Of a stretch of 64,000 nucleotides of DNA, positions 56,374 through 64,000 are shown piece after piece. The translations under genes and the position numbers were made by a program. Source of the DNA: Candidatus Iainarchaeum sp. (lineage in GTDB: Archaea > Iainarchaeota > Iainarchaeia > Iainarchaeales > VGJJ01); assembly GCA_016699555.1 (NCBI GenBank), contig CP064981.1, positions 155,456 to 219,455 on the forward strand, read 5' to 3'. The first letter of the stretch is position 1. Each line of letters starts with the position of its first letter. The notes beneath the pieces are model-generated. The model searched no databases. It was not told the origin of the DNA and saw only the letters and a program-made list of their open reading frames with translations.

Positions 56374-58203
56374 CTATGGGCCGCAATTGGAGCGGATATC
56401 CGTCGAATAGATGGACGTACAAAAACTGCCATCATTCGTTTCCCCTGCCAATGACTGATAACAGTAGTCGCGCGTCTCGTGCGCCTGATTGGCATCCTCC
56501 ACGAGCGCGAGAGGGATGTTTTGGCAGAACGAGATGGTGTTGGTCCGTGCGGCTACGACTCCGTAGCATTGTCCCTTTGCCGGGCTGCCGAACATCGCCG
56601 TGCATGCGTCAAAGCTGCGGATGCTGTGGGCGATGGGTTCGAGACACGTGTTGTGCAACAACAGCTGTCCCACGGGGATCTTGTTGCAGTACTCCCAGTC
56701 ATTCAATGCGATGGCCACTTCCTTGTAGCATGCGTACTTGGTCGCGCTCAGATTGATTTTCTCGCAGATGCCCTTCTGGTCTGCTGCCGTCGCCACATCG
56801 TAATAGCATGTGTCGCGCGCCGTGGCGTCCGTAATGCCTGCGCACACGCTGGATTGCTTGGCCTTGACCGCGATCGCAGTCATGCAATCATACTTCGTCT
56901 CGGGCGCGACGATCTGCGCGCACACGCTCACGTCGTTCGTGGTCGTCCCGATGGTGGTGTAACAACTGTCTTTCGTCGCGATCCCGCTAATGCGTTCGCA
57001 CCACGGGCTGGCATTGAGGTCGATAGCGATGGTTTGATAACAATCATCGCGCAAACCCTCGCCCGCAATGTTGGTGCAACTGCTGGGCATTCCCGCCGCA
57101 ATGGAGACATCATGGTAGCATACGTCGCGGTAATTCGTTTCGGACGTAATCACACGCAAGGGAGCGCACAGCGAGGGGTCCTTGCGCGTAATGGCATTTC
57201 CGCTGATGCAACTATCGCGTAGCGCTCCCGTCAACGCATTGCACGACTCGACGGCCGTCGCTGCAGCAGCGGCATTCTCGACGCATGCTGTGCGGTTGCT
57301 CTCGATGAGGATGGAATCGCAGAGGCTGGGGTCGGAAAAGACACCGGCAAGATTGGAATAACAATCATCCCTGCGCTGCTGGCTCGCGATCTTGGTGCAG
57401 AGATCCACCTGTTTCTCTGACTTGGCCTTCTCCAAGTAACACGCGTCCTGTGCGGACAAATCCGAGTTATTCACGCACGAGGAATCGTCCCCGATGGCTT
57501 CCGTGACTTGGGCGTAGCAGAGCGCGCGTTCGGCGATGGCATCGACTTTCACGCACAGGCTGGAGTTGCGTTGGAGCACGGCGATCTGCGAGTAGCACTG
57601 ATCGCGTTTGGTCCCGTCATCCACTTTTGTGCAGCTGCTCCCGTCTTTGGCTGCGATCGCGGTATCGAATACGCAGCTATCGCGCGCTACGCCGTCGGCG
57701 ATGCGGTCGCAGATATCCGCGTACTTGGCCGCGATGGCGACCGCCGTGAAGCAGGCATCTCTCTGCAATCCCGTGCGATCGCAGTAGGCGGTCTGTTTCT
57801 GGGTGCGGGCGAGCTGGCGATAGCAATCGACTTGCTCATCGGGGTCGGCGATGGACTCGCACGCCACTTCCGTGAGCGGTGTTGCGCCTAACGCATCAAT
57901 GCATTCGTTTTCGATCAGGATGTTGACGACTTTCACGCAGACTTCTCCGCGCTTCGTGCTGCGGCCCAGGCGATCATGGCACGTATCCTTGAATCCTGCA
58001 TCTGTGACGCTGGAACAGATGGTCGGATCATTCGCCTCGACGGCCTTATCCAGATAGCATTGGGATTGTGCGCGTGCATCCGTGAGGATGGCGCAATTCA
58101 CTTGGTTTCCTCCGCCGTTGTTGGGGTCGGAATAGATGAAGTCCAGGCACCCGGCCGTCATGATGGTGGCCAGCAACGCTATCAGTAGGATGCGCGAAAT
58201 CAT
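56374..58203 (-). CDS. Cys-rich repeat lipoprotein (about 20 tandem units of ~27 aa, each with two Cys)
   Basis: MISRILLIALLATIMTAGC carries a lipobox. Repeats of the form C.(K/R).(I/V)......RD.CY..(I/V)A.....(D/S)..C. The track start is TTG; the ATG is at 58203. Confidence 0.6.
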   Translation of the reverse strand: MISRILLIALLATIMTAGCLDFIYSDPNNGGGNQVNCAILTDARAQSQCYLDKAVEANDPTICSSVTDAGFKDTCHDRLGRSTKRGEVCVKVVNILIENECIDALGATPLTEVACESIADPDEQVDCYRQLARTQKQTAYCDRTGLQRDACFTAVAIAAKYADICDRIADGVARDSCVFDTAIAAKDGSSCTKVDDGTKRDQCYSQIAVLQRNSSLCVKVDAIAERALCYAQVTEAIGDDSSCVNNSDLSAQDACYLEKAKSEKQVDLCTKIASQQRRDDCYSNLAGVFSDPSLCDSILIESNRTACVENAAAAATAVESCNALTGALRDSCISGNAITRKDPSLCAPLRVITSETNYRDVCYHDVSIAAGMPSSCTNIAGEGLRDDCYQTIAIDLNASPWCERISGIATKDSCYTTIGTTTNDVSVCAQIVAPETKYDCMTAIAVKAKQSSVCAGITDATARDTCYYDVATAADQKGICEKINLSATKYACYKEVAIALNDWEYCNKIPVGQLLLHNTCLEPIAHSIRSFDACTAMFGSPAKGQCYGVVAARTNTISFCQNIPLALVEDANQAHETRDYCYQSLAGETNDGSFCTSIYSTDIRSNCGP

Positions 58204-58237
58204 ATGCAGCAATGAGCCAATGCCGCTATTTAATGCT

Positions 58238-58771
58238 TCATCCGCTCAGGAAAAGGAGGCCTACTCCCAATGCGATGCGCGTGAGGATCGTGGCGTTGGC
58301 CAGGATGGCAAGGATCAGCAGGAGCCAGCTCCCGAGCCATGCAACCCCGTACCAAGCAGACTTGAGGAGCTTGGCGAGCACATTCCGCTCGCTTCGCCAC
58401 AACTCTCCAAAGCGTCTTTCGGTTGAAAAAACAATGTTTTGCACATCTTGTGTGGAGGGGATAGCATGGAATGCGATGGAAAAACCAATCCAAAGGATGA
58501 GGAACGAAAGCAGGGGCGCGTTTTCTTGGATGCGCTGGGCGTATTGGAGCAAGACATAGGCGATGGCCCCTCCTATTATGAGCGGAAAAAGGCCGATCAG
58601 CAACGATGCACGCGCGCTCGTCTTGTCGTGGACGACCATTCCGCTGCTCCGGTGCACGGAAATGGTGTGGACTTTGACGCCGCAGAGATAGCACGCGAGC
58701 GCGTGGGCGATTTCATGAACGATCACGCCCGGAAAAAGAATATCCAACCACGAAATGCCCGATCTTGCCAT
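58238..58771 (-). CDS. Putative membrane-embedded zinc metallopeptidase (HExxH in TM region, DUF3267-like)
   Basis: GVIVHEIAHALACYLCG within a four-TM protein. Confidence 0.5.
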   Translation of the reverse strand: MARSGISWLDILFPGVIVHEIAHALACYLCGVKVHTISVHRSSGMVVHDKTSARASLLIGLFPLIIGGAIAYVLLQYAQRIQENAPLLSFLILWIGFSIAFHAIPSTQDVQNIVFSTERRFGELWRSERNVLAKLLKSAWYGVAWLGSWLLLILAILANATILTRIALGVGLLFLSG

Positions 58772-58832
58772 TGCATTGCCTCGTTGCTATGCAAGGGGTG
58801 GCGAAAGAATAAATGCGTGTGTTTCCGCGCTC

Positions 58833-59258
58833 CTAGTGGAGGGGGCGGAATTCCTTGTCGATTTCCATGGCAATGCGTTCCATGCGATCGAAGATGCGCT
58901 TGATGTCCTCTTCCACTTCCTGGATGGTGCGCACCATGCTGCGGGAGCGTGCGACGTATAAGCGGCCTTGTTTCACGATCAAGCCCGAGCGCTGCAGGTT
59001 GTTGAGTTGATTGATGACCGCGCCGCGAGACATATCCACTTTTTCCGCGAGCGCAGTAGAAGTAATCCCTTGGTCGGCTTCAGTGCTTTTTACAATTTCC
59101 TTGAATATCAGAATAGAGGGATGATTCTTTTCGCCGGCAGGGGCCAGTCCGAGCGTCTGGCAGATCCATTCGATTTCCTTCTCTTTGTCCCGTGCGAAAG
59201 GCGGTTCCACTCTGCGGATTTCGACCCGGAAAGAGGTGTGCCGAATGATGTCTGGCAT
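58833..59258 (-). CDS. Winged-helix transcriptional regulator, divergent from the grpE-dnaK-dnaJ operon
   Basis: ITSTALAEKVDMSRGAVINQLNNLQRSGLIVKQGRLYV is the HTH and wing. It is the C-terminal real part of track ORF 58833-59942; the remainder of that ORF is compositional junk. Confidence 0.6.
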   Translation of the reverse strand: MPDIIRHTSFRVEIRRVEPPFARDKEKEIEWICQTLGLAPAGEKNHPSILIFKEIVKSTEADQGITSTALAEKVDMSRGAVINQLNNLQRSGLIVKQGRLYVARSRSMVRTIQEVEEDIKRIFDRMERIAMEIDKEFRPLH

Positions 59259-59293
59259 GATAAGGCAATCAAGAAAAGTTAGGCTTTTAAAGG

Positions 59294-59335
59294 AATTGTC
59301 TAAGAAAGACTGTAATTGTCTAAAATTTTTAGACA
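59294..59335. promoter_or_regulatory. Candidate operator: inverted repeat TGTCTAAAA-t-TTTTAGACA (59317-59335) plus upstream direct copies of AATTGTCTAA (59294, 59314)
   Basis: Read directly from the sequence, in the intergenic region between the wHTH regulator gene and the grpE operon. Confidence 0.5.
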
Positions 59336-59357
59336 GATTTGGACGTTGGTCCTGGAG

Positions 59358-59735
59358 ATGAAAAATATGAATGGCATGTATCACCTCGCAAGGGTATTGG
59401 ATGTGTTTTCCCGCAACGGAAAGGCCATTGCCTCCGACACCAGCGTGCAGGCCCATCTCGAGATGTGGGATGAAAACATCCTCACATTCGATGTGCACCC
59501 CGCTATCTCCGACAAAATCGCCAAGGACCAAGTCGTCCTCGTGGAATATGGCTTCCACTCCCCCCAAGTGCCCGAGAACCAAATCGTCAAGATTCTGGAG
59601 ACCAAGCAGGGAGAAGAATCGTGGAAGCGCCAGAAGAGCTATCTCAACATGCGCAAGAAGCAAATGAAGACCGCCATGCCCCTGGGCCCGATGCCCTCCG
59701 AGGCCGACATCCCCGACGCGCGGATGGTCCGCTGA
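59358..59735 (+). CDS. Hypothetical protein, first gene of the grpE-dnaK-dnaJ operon
   Basis: ATGs at 59358 and 59367 after GGAGA. 125 aa with no recognisable motif. Confidence 0.4.
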   Translation: MKNMNGMYHLARVLDVFSRNGKAIASDTSVQAHLEMWDENILTFDVHPAISDKIAKDQVVLVEYGFHSPQVPENQIVKILETKQGEESWKRQKSYLNMRKKQMKTAMPLGPMPSEADIPDARMVR

Positions 59736-59759
59736 TGCGACGAGTTGGAGCTGACTGCC

Positions 59760-60317
59760 ATGAATGAAAAAGAAACCAAATCCGATCCAGCCCATGCGAC
59801 AACGGAAAAGAATGCAAAGCCATCCGCCATTGAAGCACTGCAACTGGAAAACACCGATCTGATCGACACCCTCAAGCGCACGCAAGCCGAATTCGAAAAT
59901 TTCCAGAAGCGCACCGCCAAAGAAAAAGAGCAATCCACGCAATATGGAAAAGCGCTCGCATTCAAGGAAATACTCGAATTCATGGATTCATTCGACGCCG
60001 CCATCGCGCACGTCAAAGACGACCATCGCAAGGGATTGGACAACTTGCGCACGCAATTGCTGAAGATCCTCGAGCGCAATGGGATCAAACCCATTCCGAC
60101 CATCGGGAAAAAGTTCAATCCTGAAACGCAGGAATGCCTCATGCAGGGGAACGATCCCATGCAGGGAGACGAAATCGTATTGGAGGAATTTCAGAAGGGA
60201 TACACATTCAACACTCTCGTGCTCCGCACGGCCAAAGTCAAAGTAAATGCGCACAGCGCAACAGAAAATAACACTCACGCGTCTACTGACGCCAACACAG
60301 GGGGAAACACCATATGA
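59760..60317 (+). CDS. grpE: Nucleotide exchange factor GrpE
   Basis: [20 protein letters not shown]...GIKPI...[12 protein letters not shown]. The track start is TTG; the ATG is at 59760. Confidence 0.9.
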   Translation: MNEKETKSDPAHATTEKNAKPSAIEALQLENTDLIDTLKRTQAEFENFQKRTAKEKEQSTQYGKALAFKEILEFMDSFDAAIAHVKDDHRKGLDNLRTQLLKILERNGIKPIPTIGKKFNPETQECLMQGNDPMQGDEIVLEEFQKGYTFNTLVLRTAKVKVNAHSATENNTHASTDANTGGNTI

Positions 60318-62182
60318 GTAAAATAATCGGAATCGATTTAGGGACCAGCAATTCGGCCGCAGCCGTACTCGAAGGAGGGAAGCCGCGTATCATCCCTTCA
60401 GCCGAAGGAAATACGCTCTACGGGAAAGCCTTTCCGTCCGTCGTGGCATTCACCAAAGACGGACAGCTCTTAGTGGGGGAGCCCGCGCGAAGGCAAGCCG
60501 TCTCCAATCCCAACGGGACCATCATGGCCGCCAAGCGCAAGATGGGGACCAACCACGTCTACAAGGTCAACGGCAAAGAATACACTCCCCAACAGATCTC
60601 CGCATTCATCCTCCAAAAAATAAAGAAGGACGCGGAAGCATTCTTGGGAGATAAAGTAGAGAAAGCCGTCATCACGGTACCGGCCTACTTCGACGACAAC
60701 CAACGCCAAGCCACCAAGGACGCGGGAAGAATCGCGGGATTGGATGTCGTGCGCATCGTCAATGAGCCCACGGCCGCATCATTGGCCTACGGATTGGACA
60801 AGAAACATGCGGAACAGAAAATCCTCGTGTTCGATTTGGGTGGAGGAACGCTCGATGTCACGATCATGGAATTCGGCGACGGCATCTTCGAAGTCAAATC
60901 CACTTCCGGAGACACCCAACTCGGCGGAACGGATATGGACAAGGTCATCATCGACTGGATCGTCGCCGAGTTCAAGCGCATGGAAGGAGTGGACCTCACT
61001 AAAGACGCCACGGCCATGCAACGCGTACGCGAGGCCGCCGAACGCGGAAAGATCGAGCTTTCAACGACGCTGGAAACGGACATCAATTTGCCCTACATCA
61101 CCGCTGATGCCTCGGGACCCAAGCACTTGGTCATGAAGTTCAACCGCGCCAAATTGGAAGAATTGGTCGGGCCCATCGTGAAGCGCTGCGAGAAGCCCGT
61201 CATGCAAGCCATTGCGGATGCCAAGCTCACGCCGGGAGATGTGCATAAGATCATCATGGTGGGCGGCCCCACGCGCATGCCAATCGTGCAGCAGTTCGTC
61301 GAGAAAATCCTCGGAACCAAAGTCGAACGCGGCGTGGATCCCATGGAATGTGTGGCGATGGGCGCCGCGGTGCAAGCCGGCGTGTTGTCGGGAGAAGTCA
61401 AGGATGTGTTGTTGCTGGACGTAACCCCGCTCTCGCTGGGAATCGAAACCCTGGGGGGCGTGATGACAAAGCTCATCGAACGCAATACCACCATCCCCCA
61501 CAAGAAGAGCCAAATCTTCTCGACGGCAGCCGATAGCCAGCCGGCCGTGGATATCAAGGTGTTCCAAGGAGAAAGAGCCATGGCGCACGACAACAAGCTG
61601 CTTGGCACCTTTACCCTGCAAGGAATCCCTCCCGCCCCGCGTGGCGTTCCTCAGATCGAAGTGACGTTCGATATCGATGCCAATGGTATCTTGCACGTCA
61701 CCGCAAAGGATATGGGAACCGGCAAGGAGCAGAAAATCCAAATCATCGCCGCGCAGAAGCTCGACGAAAAGGAAGTCGAACACATGCGCAAGATGGCAGA
61801 AGAATTCTCCGAGGCCGACAAGCAGAAGCGCGAGGAAGTCGAAGTCGTGAATCAAGCCGATTCAACGGTCTACCAGACAGAAAAGATGATGGAAGAAATG
61901 AAAGACAAGATTTCCGCTTCTACCAAGCAGAAAATCCAAGACGGACTGAAGGAATTGAAGGACTTGTTGGCGAAAGAACCCAAGCCCTTCAAGGAAATCA
62001 AAGCGGCATTGGAGAAATTCAATAAGACCGTGCAGCAAGTCGGACAGGAGTTGTACCAGAAGCAAGGCACTCCTTCTCCCGGCGCCGGCGCGCAGCAAGA
62101 CCAACCCAACAACGAAGGAGGCAATGATGGTCCAAATCCCGACGATTCCGTCGATGCGGAATTCAAAGTTAAAGATAATTAG
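60314..62182 (+). CDS. dnaK: Chaperone DnaK (Hsp70)
   Basis: [37 protein letters not shown]. Full length with a Gly/Gln-rich C-terminal tail. Confidence 0.95.
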   Translation: MSKIIGIDLGTSNSAAAVLEGGKPRIIPSAEGNTLYGKAFPSVVAFTKDGQLLVGEPARRQAVSNPNGTIMAAKRKMGTNHVYKVNGKEYTPQQISAFILQKIKKDAEAFLGDKVEKAVITVPAYFDDNQRQATKDAGRIAGLDVVRIVNEPTAASLAYGLDKKHAEQKILVFDLGGGTLDVTIMEFGDGIFEVKSTSGDTQLGGTDMDKVIIDWIVAEFKRMEGVDLTKDATAMQRVREAAERGKIELSTTLETDINLPYITADASGPKHLVMKFNRAKLEELVGPIVKRCEKPVMQAIADAKLTPGDVHKIIMVGGPTRMPIVQQFVEKILGTKVERGVDPMECVAMGAAVQAGVLSGEVKDVLLLDVTPLSLGIETLGGVMTKLIERNTTIPHKKSQIFSTAADSQPAVDIKVFQGERAMAHDNKLLGTFTLQGIPPAPRGVPQIEVTFDIDANGILHVTAKDMGTGKEQKIQIIAAQKLDEKEVEHMRKMAEEFSEADKQKREEVEVVNQADSTVYQTEKMMEEMKDKISASTKQKIQDGLKELKDLLAKEPKPFKEIKAALEKFNKTVQQVGQELYQKQGTPSPGAGAQQDQPNNEGGNDGPNPDDSVDAEFKVKDN

Positions 62183-62294
62183 ACGCAAGGGAAAAATCAC
62201 GCTCCAGCGCACGCGACCGTTCACGGCCGCGTAGTGTTGTAGCGTGTGAGCGGGAAATACCCGCATTTTTATTCAATTGCCACGTGATTCCTCT

Positions 62295-63473
62295 ATGGCT
62301 GAGAAAGACTACTACTCCATTCTGGGAGTGTCCAAAAGCGCTTCAGCCGAAGAACTCAAATCAGCCTACAAGAAAATGGCGAAGAAATGGCACCCGGACA
62401 TCAATAAAGCGCCGGAAGCCACGGAAAAATTCAAAGAAGTCAACGAAGCCTACTCCGTCCTATCCGACGCCAACAAACGCGCCCAATATGACCAATTTGG
62501 CTCCGAGTCGTTCAAGTCCGGAATGGGCGGCGCGGGAGGAGGCTTTCCGGGCGGAATGGGCGGATTCGATTTCTCGGACATGTTCAATGGTGGAGGTATG
62601 AATGGCTTCCCCGGCATGGAAGATTTGTTGCGCGAAGCATTTGGAGCGCAATTCGGCGGCGGAACACGCACGCGACGCGGACAACAACCCCAACACTTAC
62701 GCTACGATGTCGAATTGAGCTTTGAAGAGGCTGCATTCGGCACGACCAAGACCATTTCCATTCCGCATTTACGCGCATGCGAACACTGCGATGGGAGCGG
62801 TGCCGAAAAAGGAAGCAAGAAAGAGAAATGCCCCACGTGTAAAGGAAGAGGGATGGAAACCCGCACGCAACGCACGCCATTCGGATTGTTCCAGACAACG
62901 GCGACGTGCTCCAAGTGCGGCGGCGAAGGAGAAATCATCAAGGAGCCCTGCAAAGTCTGTCGCGGAAAAGGGGTGCAGAGCAAAACATCCTCGATTGAAA
63001 TCAAAATCCCTGCGGGAATCGATACGGGAAACCACTTGCGGGTGCCCCATCAAGGCAACTACACGCCGGGCGGCGGGCCGCAAGGAGATCTATACGTCGT
63101 AATTCACGTCGAGCCCCATGAGCTATTCAAACGCGATGGCGCGGATGTGTACGTGGAACAAGGCATTTCTTTCCCGCTCGCGGCAATGGGCGGCGAAGTG
63201 GATGTTCCCGTGTTGGGTGGCACCGTCACCATGACCATCCCCGCAGGTACGCAGAATGGGAAAGTATTCCGCTTACGCGAAAAAGGAATCAAACGATTGA
63301 ACGGCGATGAATTCGGAGATGAGTTCGTGCGCGTACGCGTAGATGTGCCAACGCACCTCTCGGCGAGACAAAAAGAACTATTGGAAGAGCTCCAAACCGA
63401 AATGGATGGAAAAGAAACTCATTCTGAGGGGAAGAAACCCAAGAAAGGAAAGAAAGGAATATTCGGGTTCTGA
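62295..63473 (+). CDS. dnaJ: Chaperone DnaJ (Hsp40)
   Basis: J-domain [31 protein letters not shown], a Gly-rich region, and four CxxCxGxG zinc motifs. The track start is TTG; the ATG is at 62295. Confidence 0.95.
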   Translation: MAEKDYYSILGVSKSASAEELKSAYKKMAKKWHPDINKAPEATEKFKEVNEAYSVLSDANKRAQYDQFGSESFKSGMGGAGGGFPGGMGGFDFSDMFNGGGMNGFPGMEDLLREAFGAQFGGGTRTRRGQQPQHLRYDVELSFEEAAFGTTKTISIPHLRACEHCDGSGAEKGSKKEKCPTCKGRGMETRTQRTPFGLFQTTATCSKCGGEGEIIKEPCKVCRGKGVQSKTSSIEIKIPAGIDTGNHLRVPHQGNYTPGGGPQGDLYVVIHVEPHELFKRDGADVYVEQGISFPLAAMGGEVDVPVLGGTVTMTIPAGTQNGKVFRLREKGIKRLNGDEFGDEFVRVRVDVPTHLSARQKELLEELQTEMDGKETHSEGKKPKKGKKGIFGF

Positions 63474-63521
63474 TCGCGTCGGTTTACAGCCCTAACCTTA
63501 AAACCTCTTTCTCGCCGTTTA

Positions 63522-64000
63522 ATGGCTATTATGCCCGGTTTGACCGAAACCCGATGGTCCAAGGAACTGGAACTGCCTATTGTCCAACAGTGGAAAGACG
63601 AATCAGCCTACAAATTCAAGCACAACCCCCAATTGCCCATTTTCTCGATCGACACGCCCCCACCCTACATCAATGCGCCCGTGCACATCGGGCATGCTTC
63701 CACGTACGTGATCATGGACATGTTCGCGCGCTACAAGCGCATGACAGGACACAATGTCATTTTTCCTCTTGGAATGGACCGCAATGGATTGCCCATCGAA
63801 ATGGCAGCCGAAAAGAAATACAACATCCGCTTGCACGAGACGCCACGCGAAAAGTTTTTGGAATACTGCGCCCAAATGCTCAAAGAAGCGGGAACGCACA
63901 GCCTGCAGACATTCTTCCATGCGGGAATTGGTTTCAATGAATGGAAAGTGGGCGAAGAAATAGGACAAATGTATGAGACGGATTCCAAGGAATACCGTAC
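63522..64000 (+). CDS. valS: Valyl-tRNA synthetase, N-terminal part (runs off the window)
   Basis: FSIDTPPPYINAPVHIGHASTYVIMDMFARYKRMTGHNVIFPLGMDRNGLPIE gives a class I HIGH motif in the archaeal ValRS pattern. Not in the ORF track because there is no stop within the window. Ile/Leu-RS cannot be fully excluded. Confidence 0.6.
   Translation, partial: MAIMPGLTETRWSKELELPIVQQWKDESAYKFKHNPQLPIFSIDTPPPYINAPVHIGHASTYVIMDMFARYKRMTGHNVIFPLGMDRNGLPIEMAAEKKYNIRLHETPREKFLEYCAQMLKEAGTHSLQTFFHAGIGFNEWKVGEEIGQMYETDSKEYR

Noticed and set aside
58833-59942. 369-aa minus-strand ORF spanning the regulator and the first gene of the grpE operon
   Set aside because: Only the C-terminal 141 aa (58833-59258) has wHTH protein character. 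The N-terminal 230 aa is G/F/L-rich junk antisense to a well-formed plus-strand ORF (59358-59735).
63554-63940. 128-aa plus-strand ORF at the 3' end of the window
   Set aside because: It lies out of frame within the valS coding region. The valS frame (from 63522) carries the HIGH-motif region and has no stop to the window end.

Overview
This 64 kb window looks archaeal, about 57% GC, gene-dense, with many 4-nt start/stop overlaps; it is possibly a small-genome or DPANN-like lineage. Conserved archaeal core genes are present: aTrm56, TFE, Taw1, L7Ae-S28e-L24e-ndk, dut, dcd, aIF-2, S6e, eIF2-gamma, a PIN-rpoE-spt4-S24e-S27ae cluster, kae1, ribL, grpE-dnaK-dnaJ, valS (partial), two tRNA-Lys and an initiator-type tRNA-Met. 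The rest is surface and accessory content.

Five items stand out:
- A roughly 15 kb archaeal type IV pilus (Tad/Epd-like) locus at 22226-37331. It encodes six class III signal-peptide (pilin-like) proteins, a FlaI/TadA-like ATPase, split TadB/TadC membrane proteins and a KaiC/FlaH-like ATPase. One pilin-like gene encodes a 1209-aa adhesin with a von Willebrand A domain interrupted by LVIVD repeats and an internally duplicated module.
- A tandem family of secreted DxDxDG-motif proteins at 3499-7311, with a short fourth copy at 39353. N- and C-terminal modules are conserved around hypervariable inserts. P1 and P2 share near-identical nucleotide blocks, suggesting gene conversion. P1 carries homopolymer-associated frameshifts.
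- A roughly 3.6 kb low-GC integrated element next to tRNA-iMet. It carries a Xer-type tyrosine recombinase and an array of palindromic GTAATTAC sites.
- An 85-bp, three-hairpin tandem repeat between a YbaK-like deacylase gene and the L7Ae gene.
- Several unusual proteins: a 47-aa arginine-rich STARR-repeat peptide, a lipoprotein with about 20 Cys-containing repeats, and a 1283-aa coiled-coil lipoprotein.

The ORF track labels TTG/GTG starts as M. Starts below were moved to the first plausible ATG where I could check the sequence.

No CRISPR array, rRNA or obvious defence system was seen.
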